64,000 nt of DNA from an uncultured Thermoproteaceae archaeon (GTDB taxonomy: Archaea; Thermoproteota; Thermoprotei; Thermoproteales; Thermocladiaceae). The stretch is taken from assembly GCA_964575955.1 (NCBI GenBank), contig CAZNTG010000006.1, positions 256,001-320,000 of the forward strand, read 5' to 3'. Below are positions 50,470-61,367 of the stretch, piece after piece. Position 1 is the stretch's first letter. Every line of letters starts with the position of its first letter. The translations under genes and the position numbers were made by a program. A model generated the notes under the pieces. It was not told the origin of the DNA. It saw nothing but the letters and a program-made list of their open reading frames with translations, and did no database searches.

Positions 50470-51947
50470 AGAAGATACTACTACTAGGTGAGTGTTCTAG
50501 AGAACATGCAATTGCTGAAGCAATTTCAAGAACAGTACATAAGGTAAAACTCTACGCATTAATGAAACATGTAAATCCAGGAATTAGGAGATGTTGTAAA
50601 GCTACTGGAGGTGATATTGTTATTGGAGATTTTCTAAATCCTGAAACTGTATTGAAAGTTGTTAATGACCTATCTATAGATCTCGTAGTTATTGGACCTG
50701 AAGAACCACTATTTAGAGGTGTTGTAGATTTTGTAGAAGATAAAGCAGGAATACCATGTATAGGTCCTAGGAGAGTTGTTGCACAGGTTGAGCAATCTAA
50801 AGCATTTATGAGAAGACTTATGTGGAAATATGACATACCTGGAAGATTGAGATTTTGGACATTTAGAAGTGTTGGAGAAGCTATAGAATATGTTAGAGAT
50901 ACAGGTGAGAGTGTTGCTATAAAGCCCGCAAGACAGGTTGGTGGTAAAGGTGTTAAAGTTATTGCAGATTTTCAAGCATATCTTAGAGATGTTAGAAGTA
51001 GAGTGAAAGAATATCATGTATCTAAAGTATTTGAAGAAGTTTCAAAATATTCAGATATTGAAGATAGAGTATTAATTGAAGAGAAGGTTGAAGGTATTGA
51101 ATATACACTACAGTGTTTTACAGATGGAATAAACATACTACCACTACCACTAGTTCAAGATTATAAACACGCATTTGAATTTGGTATAGGACCTGAAACA
51201 GGTGGTATGGGTTCGATAATGGATAGAGATTACACATTGCCATTCATAACGAGAGAAGAATATGAGAGAAGTGTTGAAATTGTTAAGAAGATTGTAGATG
51301 CATTAAGAAGAGAGACAGGTATTGAGTATAGAGGTATAATTTCAGGTCAAATGATGTTAACACCAATATGGGGACCAACAATAATAGAGTGTTATGCTAG
51401 ATTTGGAGATCCTGAAGGTGTTAATGTACTTTCAGTATTGAAGACAGATATCGTAGACATATTTGAAGCAATATTATCAAAATCGCTACCTAAGATAAAG
51501 CTAGAATTTGAGAATTATGCAGTAGTTGTTAAAGCTATAGCACCTGCAGGTTATCCATTAAATAAGAAGATTGCACAAGGACATGTAGTAGAGATTGATG
51601 AAAGTAAGATAGTTGAGAAAGGATGTAAAGTATATTACGGCTCCATAGATGAGAGAGATGGAAAATTGATAACTGTAGGTTCTAGAACAGTAGAAATTGC
51701 AGGATTTGGAGAAAACATTCCTGAAGCATCTAGAAAAGTTAATAATGTAATACTAAGTAATCATGTTAGAATATTAAATTGGAGAATGATATATAGATTA
51801 GATATTGGAAGTGAAGATTCTATTAAAAAGATGATAGAACAGGCAGAAAATATTAGAAAAGCTTATAAAAGTAGAAGAATTGAAAGATACGAAATTAAGG
51901 AGTGGATTCCAGGTAAAGGATTAGTAATCTACAGATATGTAGAGTAG
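50463..51947 (+). CDS. purD: Phosphoribosylamine-glycine ligase
   Basis: REHAIA, GPEEPL, GGKGV, QDYK, GPETGGMG, RFGDPE. Confidence 0.95.
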   Translation: MVEKILLLGECSREHAIAEAISRTVHKVKLYALMKHVNPGIRRCCKATGGDIVIGDFLNPETVLKVVNDLSIDLVVIGPEEPLFRGVVDFVEDKAGIPCIGPRRVVAQVEQSKAFMRRLMWKYDIPGRLRFWTFRSVGEAIEYVRDTGESVAIKPARQVGGKGVKVIADFQAYLRDVRSRVKEYHVSKVFEEVSKYSDIEDRVLIEEKVEGIEYTLQCFTDGINILPLPLVQDYKHAFEFGIGPETGGMGSIMDRDYTLPFITREEYERSVEIVKKIVDALRRETGIEYRGIISGQMMLTPIWGPTIIECYARFGDPEGVNVLSVLKTDIVDIFEAILSKSLPKIKLEFENYAVVVKAIAPAGYPLNKKIAQGHVVEIDESKIVEKGCKVYYGSIDERDGKLITVGSRTVEIAGFGENIPEASRKVNNVILSNHVRILNWRMIYRLDIGSEDSIKKMIEQAENIRKAYKSRRIERYEIKEWIPGKGLVIYRYVE

Positions 51948-51952
51948 AAGAT

Positions 51953-52207
51953 ATGAAATACGTAATTAGAGTTGAAATAACTTTAAAAGAAGGTCTTCAC
52001 GATCCTGAAGGTAGTGTAGCATTATCATGTTTAAGAGATTTAGGATTTAAAAATATACTTGATGTAAAATCAGGAAAAGTATACTATATAGTTCTTGAAG
52101 CTAATAATGACGAAGAAGCTATAAGTATAGTTGATAATGCATGTAGAAAATTATTATCAAATCCTGTTAAAGATAACTATAGGATTGAGATAGTTCATAA
52201 ATATTAA
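51953..52207 (+). CDS. purS: FGAM synthase subunit PurS
   Basis: LKEGLHDPEG...KLLSNPV. Confidence 0.92.
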   Translation: MKYVIRVEITLKEGLHDPEGSVALSCLRDLGFKNILDVKSGKVYYIVLEANNDEEAISIVDNACRKLLSNPVKDNYRIEIVHKY

Positions 52208-52644
52208 CAATCTTCAGGAGGTTCAACCTCATATATCCTCTGACCTTTAACAGTCCTCGGTGCAAGCCAATCAATTAATTGTCTAATATTTCTAGTCTCT
52301 ATAATTATGGTTATTGGACCTAGAGGACTTTCCTTTTCCTCAGTAACAAATGAGAGATGTCCTACATATGCTGCCTGTTTATGTACATGTATGACTATCT
52401 TATTGTCAGATACTATACCTCTCATAAGTACTAGTCTAGCACTATCTTCAATCTCCTGTTTTCTAATTAACTCTCTAAATTTTAGTAATGCTCTAAAGCT
52501 TCCAGCAGATGCTACAATGAAGGTTTTTTCACCAACCTTTTCAACATTTATCACTGTTGGAGATACTATATTTAATAGTGCTCTCTTAACTTTCTCAATA
52601 TCTTCACTAGGATTTACCTCAACCCATACAGTTACCTTAACCAT
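52204..52644 (-). CDS. UPF0201 RNA-binding domain protein
   Basis: VNPSEDIEKV, HKQAAYVG, ESPLGPI, DWLAPRT. Confidence 0.85.
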   Translation of the reverse strand: MVKVTVWVEVNPSEDIEKVKRALLNIVSPTVINVEKVGEKTFIVASAGSFRALLKFRELIRKQEIEDSARLVLMRGIVSDNKIVIHVHKQAAYVGHLSFVTEEKESPLGPITIIIETRNIRQLIDWLAPRTVKGQRIYEVEPPEDC

Positions 52645-53197
52645 GTATCTCCTTTTCTATATCTTTAATAATTTTTAAACAATCTTCTTCAAGCTTTTTA
52701 AGATCTTCATAATCATTATTAATGATGTAGTCTGCATATAGGATAAGTTCTATAAGACCATAGATACTCTCTCTAAGATCTCTATGATGTATTGATGGTA
52801 CATGTTTAACATCTTCAGCTCTACCTCTAGATAATGCTCTACTTTCTCTAACACGTCTCGACGCTACAACGTATATTAGTACTGTATTGTATCCTATTTC
52901 TCTAAATGCTTCTAATTCTTCAAAACTTCTCAATCCTTCTACAATAACTACATTACTATTCTCTAACTCCTTCAAAACTTTATCAATCACTCTATTAACT
53001 ACTGCTCTTCTACCTTCTCTACATCTTAGATAAATAGCAATTTTATGAGGTTCTAAACCTGTTTTAGAAGATTCTTCTCTAATAACATCACCCATAGAGA
53101 CTATGTTGCAGTTAAAGTATTTTCTAAATATCTCAGCAACTGTGGTCTTTCCTGAACATGGTAGTCCTGAAATTAGTATAATACATTTCTTACTCAT
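52637..53197 (-). CDS. UPF0200 P-loop nucleotide kinase-like protein
   Basis: GLPCSGKT, SMGDVIRE, EGLRS, RGRAED. Confidence 0.8.
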   Translation of the reverse strand: MSKKCIILISGLPCSGKTTVAEIFRKYFNCNIVSMGDVIREESSKTGLEPHKIAIYLRCREGRRAVVNRVIDKVLKELENSNVVIVEGLRSFEELEAFREIGYNTVLIYVVASRRVRESRALSRGRAEDVKHVPSIHHRDLRESIYGLIELILYADYIINNDYEDLKKLEEDCLKIIKDIEKEIHG

Positions 53198-54387
53198 CTT
53201 CCAACTACATATTTAGCAAATTCTCTTAAAGTATCAAGATCTTCATAACTTCTTAACGCTCTACTATCCATATGTGTTTTAGAAGCATCAATACCACACT
53301 TCTTTAAAAATTCTATAAATTTCTTAACACTAATTTCTCTATTCAAACCTTTACATATCTCAATCATTGAGTAGTAAATTCTATCACTAAATACTGCTTC
53401 ATCGATGAAAGTCTCTATTAACTTTACAAGTTTTTCATTATTTGTTAAATACCTCTTATCACTATTCAATATATGGTACATCTCTCTAACAAAATCAAGA
53501 TCTATTATATGTCCTATCCATATAGGTCCAGCTATTTCATAATTCTTATACTCTCTACATGATTTACATATTGGATAATCATATATAACTACCCTATCTC
53601 CACTATCTCTATCGTATAGAATATATCCTAAGTTTCTCATAGTTTTTATAGCATCTGAAGTATCTTTACTAATAATCATGAATACTCTATAATAATGACC
53701 TTCATAATATGCTAATAGTGGTTTAATACCATAATCATGCTGTAATGCAATTCTAGCTATTGATGCAATTAATATTCTAAGTCCAATCTCTCTACTTATC
53801 GGTGCTGCATGTAGTGGTCTAGATCCATATCTTCTAATACATTTAAGTGCATATCTACCCATCAATACTCCAACATCTGTAGCTGTTACACATAGAAGTC
53901 CGTTGTGTCTTAAGCATCTTAATGCAGGATCAATAAACTTTATTGGTGATCCAAATGGATCTATGTCTACAACATCTACACGTCTATCTTCAAGATTTAG
54001 TAGTAGTTTTGATGCTTCCATATTGTATATTTCAACTTTATCAAAAACATTCAATTTTTCACAATTTAATTTTATTAGCTTATATGCTTTAATATCTATG
54101 TCATTCATTATTACTTTAGATGTTGATGATGTTTCTATAATATATCTTAAACCTCTAACACCTGTACCTGATAGAGGTTCACATATAGTTAAGTCTTTGT
54201 AGTTGAATAATTTTGAGTATGCATCTATTGCAAGTACTGATATTGATCTATTAATCTCCATTGCAGGATTGTAAAATACTGGTGCATGTGCTGGTTCAAT
54301 CTTCTTACCAACCTTATACTTCTCTAAATTTGGTACAAGTACTCTAGTCTTACCTTCAACTATCTCAATAAGTTCTCCAATTTCCAT
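53194..54387 (-). CDS. trm1: tRNA (guanine26-N2)-dimethyltransferase
   Basis: PVFYNPAM..NR, GTGVRGLR, DIDPFGSP, TATD, EIGLRIL, GPIW. Confidence 0.95.
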   Translation of the reverse strand: MEIGELIEIVEGKTRVLVPNLEKYKVGKKIEPAHAPVFYNPAMEINRSISVLAIDAYSKLFNYKDLTICEPLSGTGVRGLRYIIETSSTSKVIMNDIDIKAYKLIKLNCEKLNVFDKVEIYNMEASKLLLNLEDRRVDVVDIDPFGSPIKFIDPALRCLRHNGLLCVTATDVGVLMGRYALKCIRRYGSRPLHAAPISREIGLRILIASIARIALQHDYGIKPLLAYYEGHYYRVFMIISKDTSDAIKTMRNLGYILYDRDSGDRVVIYDYPICKSCREYKNYEIAGPIWIGHIIDLDFVREMYHILNSDKRYLTNNEKLVKLIETFIDEAVFSDRIYYSMIEICKGLNREISVKKFIEFLKKCGIDASKTHMDSRALRSYEDLDTLREFAKYVVGR

Positions 54388-54395
54388 AAAATGTT

Positions 54396-55226
54396 TTATT
54401 CACCATTTATGATTGGTTTTACTTCTAGAATTTCTGTAACTTCTTTAACTTCATTTGAAAAAGTTTTTTTAGAAACTACCATATACTTCTCAGATTCTGA
54501 ACATGACATTACTAGCTTTCCATGAGTTTTCTCAAGTTTATATGCTTCTTCAGGTACTATTGAGTATTTTCTAGATATATCATCAATATCTATCTTTCTA
54601 TTCTCCATATATTTTCTACATACTTCAAATTTTGGTTCAATATCAACTTTCTCAATAATATCCTCACCAAATATCTGCATTAATATCCTTGCTGTTCTCT
54701 CTGATGCTTCAAAAGTTCCTCTCTCATATTCATACACAGTCTTCCTACTTACATGAAGTATCTCTGCAACATCTCCAAGACTCATACCAAACTGTTCTCT
54801 ACGCTTTCTCAACTCTTCACCTCTAATCTTTGCTTTAACGATACCTCTATCTTTTACAAGTCTTATAGGTTCACCCTTGACAACTTTTCTAAATGCTGCA
54901 ATACTTACAGCAGATATTCCAAGCTTTCTATATACTGTGTCAGATTTCAATTTCTCTCCAGATTCTTTAACACCAACTATTATCGGTATTGCACATGTTA
55001 TTTTTGATAGAATTGCCATATCTATCAATTCTTCTCTAGATACTGTAGATACGTCATATACAGCCTTTATTAGAATTTTCTTCTCATCATCACCCAACTT
55101 TGCACATGCAACAACGTTGTACGATAATGATGTGTCAGGTATCTTGACTAGTCTAGACTTTCCAGACTCCTCTAATATTTTCTCAATTTTTGAAAGTAAA
55201 ACTGAGATTATCGTTGATTTATCCAT
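54396..55226 (-). CDS. Archaeal Cro/XRE HTH transcriptional regulator (COG1395-like)
   Basis: RREQFGMSLGDVAEILHVSRKTVYEYERG. Confidence 0.85.
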   Translation of the reverse strand: MDKSTIISVLLSKIEKILEESGKSRLVKIPDTSLSYNVVACAKLGDDEKKILIKAVYDVSTVSREELIDMAILSKITCAIPIIVGVKESGEKLKSDTVYRKLGISAVSIAAFRKVVKGEPIRLVKDRGIVKAKIRGEELRKRREQFGMSLGDVAEILHVSRKTVYEYERGTFEASERTARILMQIFGEDIIEKVDIEPKFEVCRKYMENRKIDIDDISRKYSIVPEEAYKLEKTHGKLVMSCSESEKYMVVSKKTFSNEVKEVTEILEVKPIINGE

Positions 55227-55284
55227 CTCTCACCTAAAATATTATTTTTAGGATTAATTAACCATTTTCTTAAATGTTTATCTA

Positions 55285-56001
55285 TTATCCAGTCTTTCTA
55301 GCTATAACCATTGCATGTGCAACATCGTAAGGTTCTAGATGTACCATATCTACAATTTCAAATCCTCTCTCCTTTAGATGATCTATCTCTCTCTTAAATG
55401 TCTCATCAGGAGCTTTTGTGACATCTATAGACATTGCCTTAATTACTAGCATTACATGTCCATGTTTTCTTAAGAATACGTCAGCATTATCTGCAACTAT
55501 CTTAGCTTGGAATGGCTGTGCAACATCTATATATACAACATCTACTTTCTTGACAATTGATACATACTGCTCAGGATATCTAGCATCTGCAAGTATTGGT
55601 ATACAGTTTGTTCTTCCTTGATCAATTATTTTCTCCATGAATTCTCTAAATACTCTAGCTGAGAACTCTACTGCATATACAATACCTTCATTACCAATAA
55701 TATCACTTACATGACTTACAGTTGTTCCTGATGCTGCACCTAGGTAGAGAACTTTAGTACCTCTCTTAATAGGCATCTCCTTAAGACCATTCAATATTGC
55801 TGCTGCAAGCTTGCTCCTATATGGATTCCATACTCTATACTCTTCACCCTCCCATTGAACTAGAGGTTCACCATAGACTCTCCTACCGGGAGTTAGGTTC
55901 TTTGTAGCTATTCTCTCACTACCATCTTCAAAAGATATGAAGTAGACACCTTCAAACCTATCGTGAGGTCTAACATTTACAGGCTTTATTAGTGATGACA
56001 T
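55285..56001 (-). CDS. flpA: Fibrillarin rRNA/tRNA 2'-O-methyltransferase
   Basis: [32 protein letters not shown]. Confidence 0.97.
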   Translation of the reverse strand: MSSLIKPVNVRPHDRFEGVYFISFEDGSERIATKNLTPGRRVYGEPLVQWEGEEYRVWNPYRSKLAAAILNGLKEMPIKRGTKVLYLGAASGTTVSHVSDIIGNEGIVYAVEFSARVFREFMEKIIDQGRTNCIPILADARYPEQYVSIVKKVDVVYIDVAQPFQAKIVADNADVFLRKHGHVMLVIKAMSIDVTKAPDETFKREIDHLKERGFEIVDMVHLEPYDVAHAMVIARKTG

Positions 56002-56065
56002 ACTAAAAATCTAGGATTGTTGTAGATTTATAAATCTAAGTTTATTATTGAGAATTTTCCTATGT

Positions 56066-56689
56066 TTAGATTCTGAACTTATATGTCTGTTTTAATGCTT
56101 CAAAACATGCTTTTACAAAGTTTATTGTTGTTCTAGTCTCTCCTTTAGTCCATGTCCACACATCTTTAATTCCTGCTAATCTTAATACAGCTTTTAGTGG
56201 ATCTGCAGCTACGAGTCCTTTACCTTTTGGTGCTGGTATTAGTCTAACTCTAACACTTCCACACTTACCCTCAACTTTGAATGGAACACTGTGAGGTTCA
56301 TTACACAGACAGTACCATGATCCACAACCTCTCCTTACAGGTATTATGTTTAGTTTAGCTTCTCTAATAGCTTTTTCAATTGCTACACTTATCTGTCTTG
56401 CCTTTCCTATACCTACACCAACATAGCCATCCTCATTACCTACAACTACAAGTACCTGAAATTGACTAACTTCACCATGCTCTGTCTGTCTTTGGACAAT
56501 GTTTATGTTTAGTACTTCATGCTTAAGATCAGGTAGTAGATAGTCAACTATTTCAGGTTCTCTTATGGGTAAGTTAAGTCTAAATATGTCATCTATAGAC
56601 TTTATCTTACCCTCCTTAACAAGCTTACCAACATATGTTCTAGGTTCCCAAGACTCTAATGATGGCGCTGATATTAATGACATCGACAT
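56066..56689 (-). CDS. rps5: 30S ribosomal protein S5
   Basis: [31 protein letters not shown]. Confidence 0.97.
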   Translation of the reverse strand: MSMSLISAPSLESWEPRTYVGKLVKEGKIKSIDDIFRLNLPIREPEIVDYLLPDLKHEVLNINIVQRQTEHGEVSQFQVLVVVGNEDGYVGVGIGKARQISVAIEKAIREAKLNIIPVRRGCGSWYCLCNEPHSVPFKVEGKCGSVRVRLIPAPKGKGLVAADPLKAVLRLAGIKDVWTWTKGETRTTINFVKACFEALKQTYKFRI

Positions 56690-56770
56690 GACATGTCTAA
56701 AACCCCTACTTAAATCTTCCTAAATGTATTAGAGGAAAAGTATATAAGCTAAAGACTATACAACTACAAT

Positions 56771-56836
56771 AGCCCACCCCCAACGCCCAGGTAATCCTGG
56801 GTGGATGAGAGGGGTTGGGTTACCCCCGGCGAACCA
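56771..56836 (+). ncRNA. Unassigned GC-rich structured small RNA with K-turn-like motif
   Basis: GC island in AT-rich intergenic DNA; long hairpin; BRE/TATA-like GAAAAGTATATAA about 25 nt upstream; T-run immediately after. Confidence 0.6.
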
Positions 56837-56868
56837 TTTTTAAAACTTCGATAATCTAGTCTTGATGT

Positions 56869-57171
56869 ATGTCATCATCAAAGTCTAGTAAATCTCAATC
56901 TTCAAGATCTAAGAGTAGTAAGAAGGAGAAGCTTCTACTATCTAGAGTAATGGAGCATGAACTTGTACCTCATGCAGAGATTGTTCCTAAAGATGAAGCT
57001 AAGAAAATTCTTAAACAGATGAATGCAGCACCATGGCAAATACCTTGGATTCGTGCTAGTGATCCTCTAGTTAGGATGATTGGTGCTAAACCTGGAGATA
57101 TTATTAAAATTGTTAGAAAATCACCAACAGCTGGTGAAGTTGTTGTTTATAGAATTGTTGTTCCAGGTTAG
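56869..57171 (+). CDS. rpoH: RNA polymerase subunit H (Rpo5)
   Basis: [36 protein letters not shown]. Confidence 0.96.
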   Translation: MSSSKSSKSQSSRSKSSKKEKLLLSRVMEHELVPHAEIVPKDEAKKILKQMNAAPWQIPWIRASDPLVRMIGAKPGDIIKIVRKSPTAGEVVVYRIVVPG

Positions 57172-57800
57172 ACCTCTACGATAACTCTAACAGGAGATGC
57201 AGTTGCATTAACTATCTTTAGAGGAATTGCATAATACCTGACTCTCCTATTTAACACATGTTTTAGATTGCATAGATTTTCGATTATGGGTATATTATTT
57301 GATAGTAGTATTTTATGTGCTTCAAATGTTGTAGATTCTGCAGGATCTATACTTGGAGAATCAATACCTACAAGACTAGGTTTAAGTGATACTAGAAATT
57401 CTGCAGCATCTTTACTAATACCAGGACATCTATACACATACTCATCTCTACCATACATGTCTTCCCAACCTGTGTATAGAAATATTGCGTCTCCCTCTCT
57501 ATATTCTACATTTTTTATACAACTTTCAATATCTCTACCAGTTACTACATGTCTATTTGATACATCTATAACTACTGCATATCCAATAAATTTTTCAATA
57601 CTAATCTTATCAATACTTAAACCATTTTCAATAAAGTGTAATGGTGCATCCATATGTGTAGCTACGTGAGTTATTGTATATATAACTTCAGATCTAAAGC
57701 CATGAATATCATGTTTAGCCCATGTCAATATCTTAACTTTTGGATATAGTGGAAATACTTGTGTATCTTCACATATCTCTCTACTCAAATCTAAGTACAT
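57168..57800 (-). CDS. Cyclase / kynurenine formamidase family
   Basis: [31 protein letters not shown]. Confidence 0.9.
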   Translation of the reverse strand: MYLDLSREICEDTQVFPLYPKVKILTWAKHDIHGFRSEVIYTITHVATHMDAPLHFIENGLSIDKISIEKFIGYAVVIDVSNRHVVTGRDIESCIKNVEYREGDAIFLYTGWEDMYGRDEYVYRCPGISKDAAEFLVSLKPSLVGIDSPSIDPAESTTFEAHKILLSNNIPIIENLCNLKHVLNRRVRYYAIPLKIVNATASPVRVIVEV

Positions 57801-57906
57801 GAGTACATTCTAGAACTTGTAAGATTTTATTAAATACCTCAAGTACTTAAACATGCATATTCTCAACATGAGTTAGCTATATAAGTAGAAGTGTTCTATC
57901 CGTACA

Positions 57907-59328
57907 ATGGTCTTTCGTGAAAAACTTCCAAGTACTACAATACTCACATTTAACGATGTCATTCTCCTTCCAGGATTTACAGATGTAGACCCGGTAGAGG
58001 TTGATGTTAGTACTCAAGTATCAACATCTGTGAAGATAAATATTCCAATAGTATCATCACCGATGGATACAGTAACTGAGCATGAACTTGCAATATCATT
58101 AGCTAGACTTGGAGGTATTGGTATAGTTCATAGAAATGTAAGTATTGATGAACAGGTTGAGATGGTTAAGAAGGTTAAAGATGCACCACAATATCCTGTA
58201 TATCTCTGCTATGTTGAATCAACTTCAAAATGTAGAGACGCACTCAACATGATGAGAGAGTTATCTATAGACTACATCCCTATTGTTAAGGATGGTATTG
58301 TTATAGGATTTCTAAATAAGATTGATGCATTAAAATATCCTGATGATAATGTAGTAGAACATGCTAGAAGACCTGTAATAGCTAATCTCTATGAAGATCC
58401 TCAAAGTATTAAAAGGAAGATGTTAGAAAATGATGTCGATACTGTAGCTATAGTAGACTCATCAGGAAAGTTTGTTGGAATTGTAACAATATGGAATTTA
58501 GATTCAAATAAACCATTTACACCATGTGTAGATTCAGAAGGTAGATTGAGAGTTGGTGCTGCTATATCTCCATTTGATATTAATAGAATAAAGAAGCTTG
58601 ATAAGTATGTTGATGTTCTCGTTCTAGATGTTGCAAATGCTGCACATATGAAGATAATATCATCTATAAAGAATATATGTAAAGAAATTTCATCAGACCT
58701 AGTCGTAGGTAATGTAGGTACTTATGAGAGTGCTGTAGAGATTATTACTAGAGTTGAGAAGATTGATGGTTTTAGAGTTGGAATTGCTAGTGGATCAATA
58801 TGTAGTACTGGAGTTGTTACAGGTGTTGCAGCACCAACACTTTGGGCTACTGCACAGGTTGCTGATGCAGCTAGAGATTATGGATTGAAAGTTCCAATAA
58901 TTGCTGATGGTGGTATTAAGAGTCCTGGAGATGCTGTTAAAGCATTTGCTGTAGGTGCATGGTGTGTAATGCTTGGTAGAGTTCTAGCTCAAGCATATGA
59001 ATCTCCAAGTCCAATAATAACTATAGGAGATAGAAAGTATAAGTATTATAGAGGTATGGCTAGTGAAGGTGCTAGAGTTAGGAGATTTGCAGTTGATAGA
59101 TATAGTAGAAAGGTTAAAGATATATCTGAAGGTGTTGAAGGTCTAGTACCGTATAGAGGAACCTTAGAGCAGATTATTAAAGAATTTGTGAGTGGTATAC
59201 AAGCATCTATGGGATATATAGGTGCTAGATCAATACCTGAATGTTGGGAAAAAGCTAAACTAGGACTTGTAACATCTCTAGGGAGGAGAGAAGTAGAGCC
59301 ACATAGCATATATCTAAGAATTGAATGA
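57907..59328 (+). CDS. guaB: IMP dehydrogenase
   Basis: LTFNDV, SSPMDTVT, GSICST, IADGGI, YRGMAS, EGVEG. Confidence 0.95.
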   Translation: MVFREKLPSTTILTFNDVILLPGFTDVDPVEVDVSTQVSTSVKINIPIVSSPMDTVTEHELAISLARLGGIGIVHRNVSIDEQVEMVKKVKDAPQYPVYLCYVESTSKCRDALNMMRELSIDYIPIVKDGIVIGFLNKIDALKYPDDNVVEHARRPVIANLYEDPQSIKRKMLENDVDTVAIVDSSGKFVGIVTIWNLDSNKPFTPCVDSEGRLRVGAAISPFDINRIKKLDKYVDVLVLDVANAAHMKIISSIKNICKEISSDLVVGNVGTYESAVEIITRVEKIDGFRVGIASGSICSTGVVTGVAAPTLWATAQVADAARDYGLKVPIIADGGIKSPGDAVKAFAVGAWCVMLGRVLAQAYESPSPIITIGDRKYKYYRGMASEGARVRRFAVDRYSRKVKDISEGVEGLVPYRGTLEQIIKEFVSGIQASMGYIGARSIPECWEKAKLGLVTSLGRREVEPHSIYLRIE

Positions 59329-59373
59329 AGAGCCTTACGGGCTCTGAAATGTGATGAAGATTAGGATTGCAGA
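59325..59373 (+). ncRNA. C/D box guide sRNA overlapping the guaB stop codon
   Basis: ATGAAGA-gccttacgggct-CTGA-aat-GTGATGA-agattaggattg-CAGA. Confidence 0.75.
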
Positions 59374-59452
59374 TCATAAACATCTTGTTTACATTAAATG
59401 CACAGATCAATAATACATTTATATCCTGACACTCCTAATCGTGTAGGTATAG

Positions 59453-60136
59453 ATGAACAACTTGAAGATATGTATTGAGAAATTGAGAAATGGTGAACCA
59501 ATACTAATATACGATTTTGATAGTAGAGAAGGTGAAGCTGATATAGTATTCAGAGCTTCAACTATAGATCCTGATAAGATAAAGTTGATGAGAAAAATTG
59601 CAGGTGGTTTAATATGTTTTGTAACTAGCTACGATATAGGTGTTAAGCTCGGACTTGACTTACAGACAAGAATTTTTCAAAAATTAGACGGTATGAATAG
59701 ACTGTTAAAAAAGCCTAAGTATGGTGATGAACCAGCATTTTCAATATGGGTTAACCATGTAGATGTGAGTACAGGTATTAGAGATGTTGACAGAGCATTA
59801 ACAATAAGGAGATTGGCAGAGGTTGTGAAGATTGTTGAAAATGGAGATGTTGAAAATGGTAGAGAAGTGTTCTATAGAGAATTCTACACGCCAGGTCATG
59901 TACCAATACTCTTAGGTAGAATTGGCAAACGTTGGGGTCATACAGAACTTTCATTAATAATTTCAAAAATTGCAAATATTGAACCAGCACTTGTAATATG
60001 TGAGGTTTTGTATGAATCTAATACAGTTCCAACATTTGAAGAATATTTAAAAATTGCAAAAGATTTAAATACTATAATTATTAGAGGAAGTGATATAGTT
60101 AGACTTTATAGAGAACTAGAGAGTGTTAAGATATGA
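59453..60136 (+). CDS. ribB: 3,4-dihydroxy-2-butanone-4-phosphate synthase
   Basis: YDFDSREGEAD, GLIC, TGIRDVDRALT, PGHV, GHTEL. Confidence 0.93.
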   Translation: MNNLKICIEKLRNGEPILIYDFDSREGEADIVFRASTIDPDKIKLMRKIAGGLICFVTSYDIGVKLGLDLQTRIFQKLDGMNRLLKKPKYGDEPAFSIWVNHVDVSTGIRDVDRALTIRRLAEVVKIVENGDVENGREVFYREFYTPGHVPILLGRIGKRWGHTELSLIISKIANIEPALVICEVLYESNTVPTFEEYLKIAKDLNTIIIRGSDIVRLYRELESVKI

Positions 60137-60618
60137 TTATAGGTATTGTAGATACAACATTTGCACGTGTTGACATGGCTAGATATGCTATAGAGGAAAT
60201 ACAGTCAATAAATCCAAAAGCGATAATTCGAAGAATAACTGTTCCAGGCTTTAAAAATACTCCATGGGCTGCTAAGAAACTTATTGATGATGGATGTGAT
60301 GGAGTACTTGTACTTGGATGGATTGGAAAATCTCTAACAGACAAGATAACTTATGCTGTAGCTTCTATAGGTCTTATACTACTTCAAATAGAGACAGGAA
60401 AGTTAATCATAGACGTTACTGTTCATGAAGATGAGAGTGAGAATGAGAGAGAACTATACAACATAGCTATTGATAGAACAAGAAAACATGCTAGAAATCT
60501 AGTAATGCTACTACAGGATAGAGATCTAACAAAATATGCTGGTAAAGGATTAAGACAGGGAAGACCTGATGTTGGTCCAATACTTGAAGATCTTGGTGAT
60601 AAATTTATTGAGTGGTAA
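60133..60618 (+). CDS. ribC: Archaeal riboflavin synthase
   Basis: GIVDTTFARVDM, TVPG, VHEDE, GLRQG. Confidence 0.93.
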   Translation: MIIGIVDTTFARVDMARYAIEEIQSINPKAIIRRITVPGFKNTPWAAKKLIDDGCDGVLVLGWIGKSLTDKITYAVASIGLILLQIETGKLIIDVTVHEDESENERELYNIAIDRTRKHARNLVMLLQDRDLTKYAGKGLRQGRPDVGPILEDLGDKFIEW

Positions 60619-60619
60619 T

Positions 60620-61318
60620 TTAGCTAGTACAGGTATATACTGTATATGACTCTTCTCTAGTATCAACATCACCTATCAACATTTGTGAAAGTTTTTCAGA
60701 CATCTTAACAGCATCGTATGTTACAGATCCTGTAGTTATTACATATCTAACATTTAGTATTGAGAGGTTTGTTATAAATGTTGAATCTATATTCATAGTT
60801 GTTGCAATAATTAATCTATCTAACATACTCTTCATCCTATATACAAGACCGATAATCTTATAGAGCATTGAGTCTAGACATCTCTCAATTATGAGACCAA
60901 TAACTCTACGCTTATCTATACTATATATTACTGATGTGTCAGCCATATTATTAATTTTGTAATATTCAGCTTCTTTAGCAAGATTCACAATAATCTCACT
61001 ATCAATATCTTCACATGAGAATTTTCTATATACATGTTCATACTTACCTGAGGTTAATGTATTTACTATTATTTCATCTTCCTCAGCTTTAAATATGAAT
61101 ACTTGCTCAGGTTTATATCCTAGAAGTATTGAATATCCCTGTCCTAGAAGTTCTAAATCTCTAGGTATTACTCTAATTGTGCAGTGTTGTCTACCATCTA
61201 TAAGTAGTGTACATTCACAAGTTCTTATGAGCTCTTTTTCAATCTCTACCTGAGAACCTTTGATAATCTTTTTAACTTTAATCTTCTCTAAATGTGTAAT
61301 CACTCTAAGACACCTCAT
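60620..61318 (-). CDS. FdhD-like protein (divergent)
   Basis: L.IDG...P.DLELL..G, KIIG, SVTYDAVK resemble the FdhD layout. Confidence 0.55.
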   Translation of the reverse strand: MRCLRVITHLEKIKVKKIIKGSQVEIEKELIRTCECTLLIDGRQHCTIRVIPRDLELLGQGYSILLGYKPEQVFIFKAEEDEIIVNTLTSGKYEHVYRKFSCEDIDSEIIVNLAKEAEYYKINNMADTSVIYSIDKRRVIGLIIERCLDSMLYKIIGLVYRMKSMLDRLIIATTMNIDSTFITNLSILNVRYVITTGSVTYDAVKMSEKLSQMLIGDVDTREESYTVYTCTS

Positions 61319-61367
61319 GTATAGGATAGGAGAAGTTTAATAAACATGTACTAGCGACTCTCTCAAC

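Noticed and set aside
56771-56836. 5S rRNA or split-tRNA piece
   Set aside because: Begins GCCCACCC like some crenarchaeal 5S, but is only about 65 nt and lacks 5S internal motifs; no D-loop or GTTCRA T-loop
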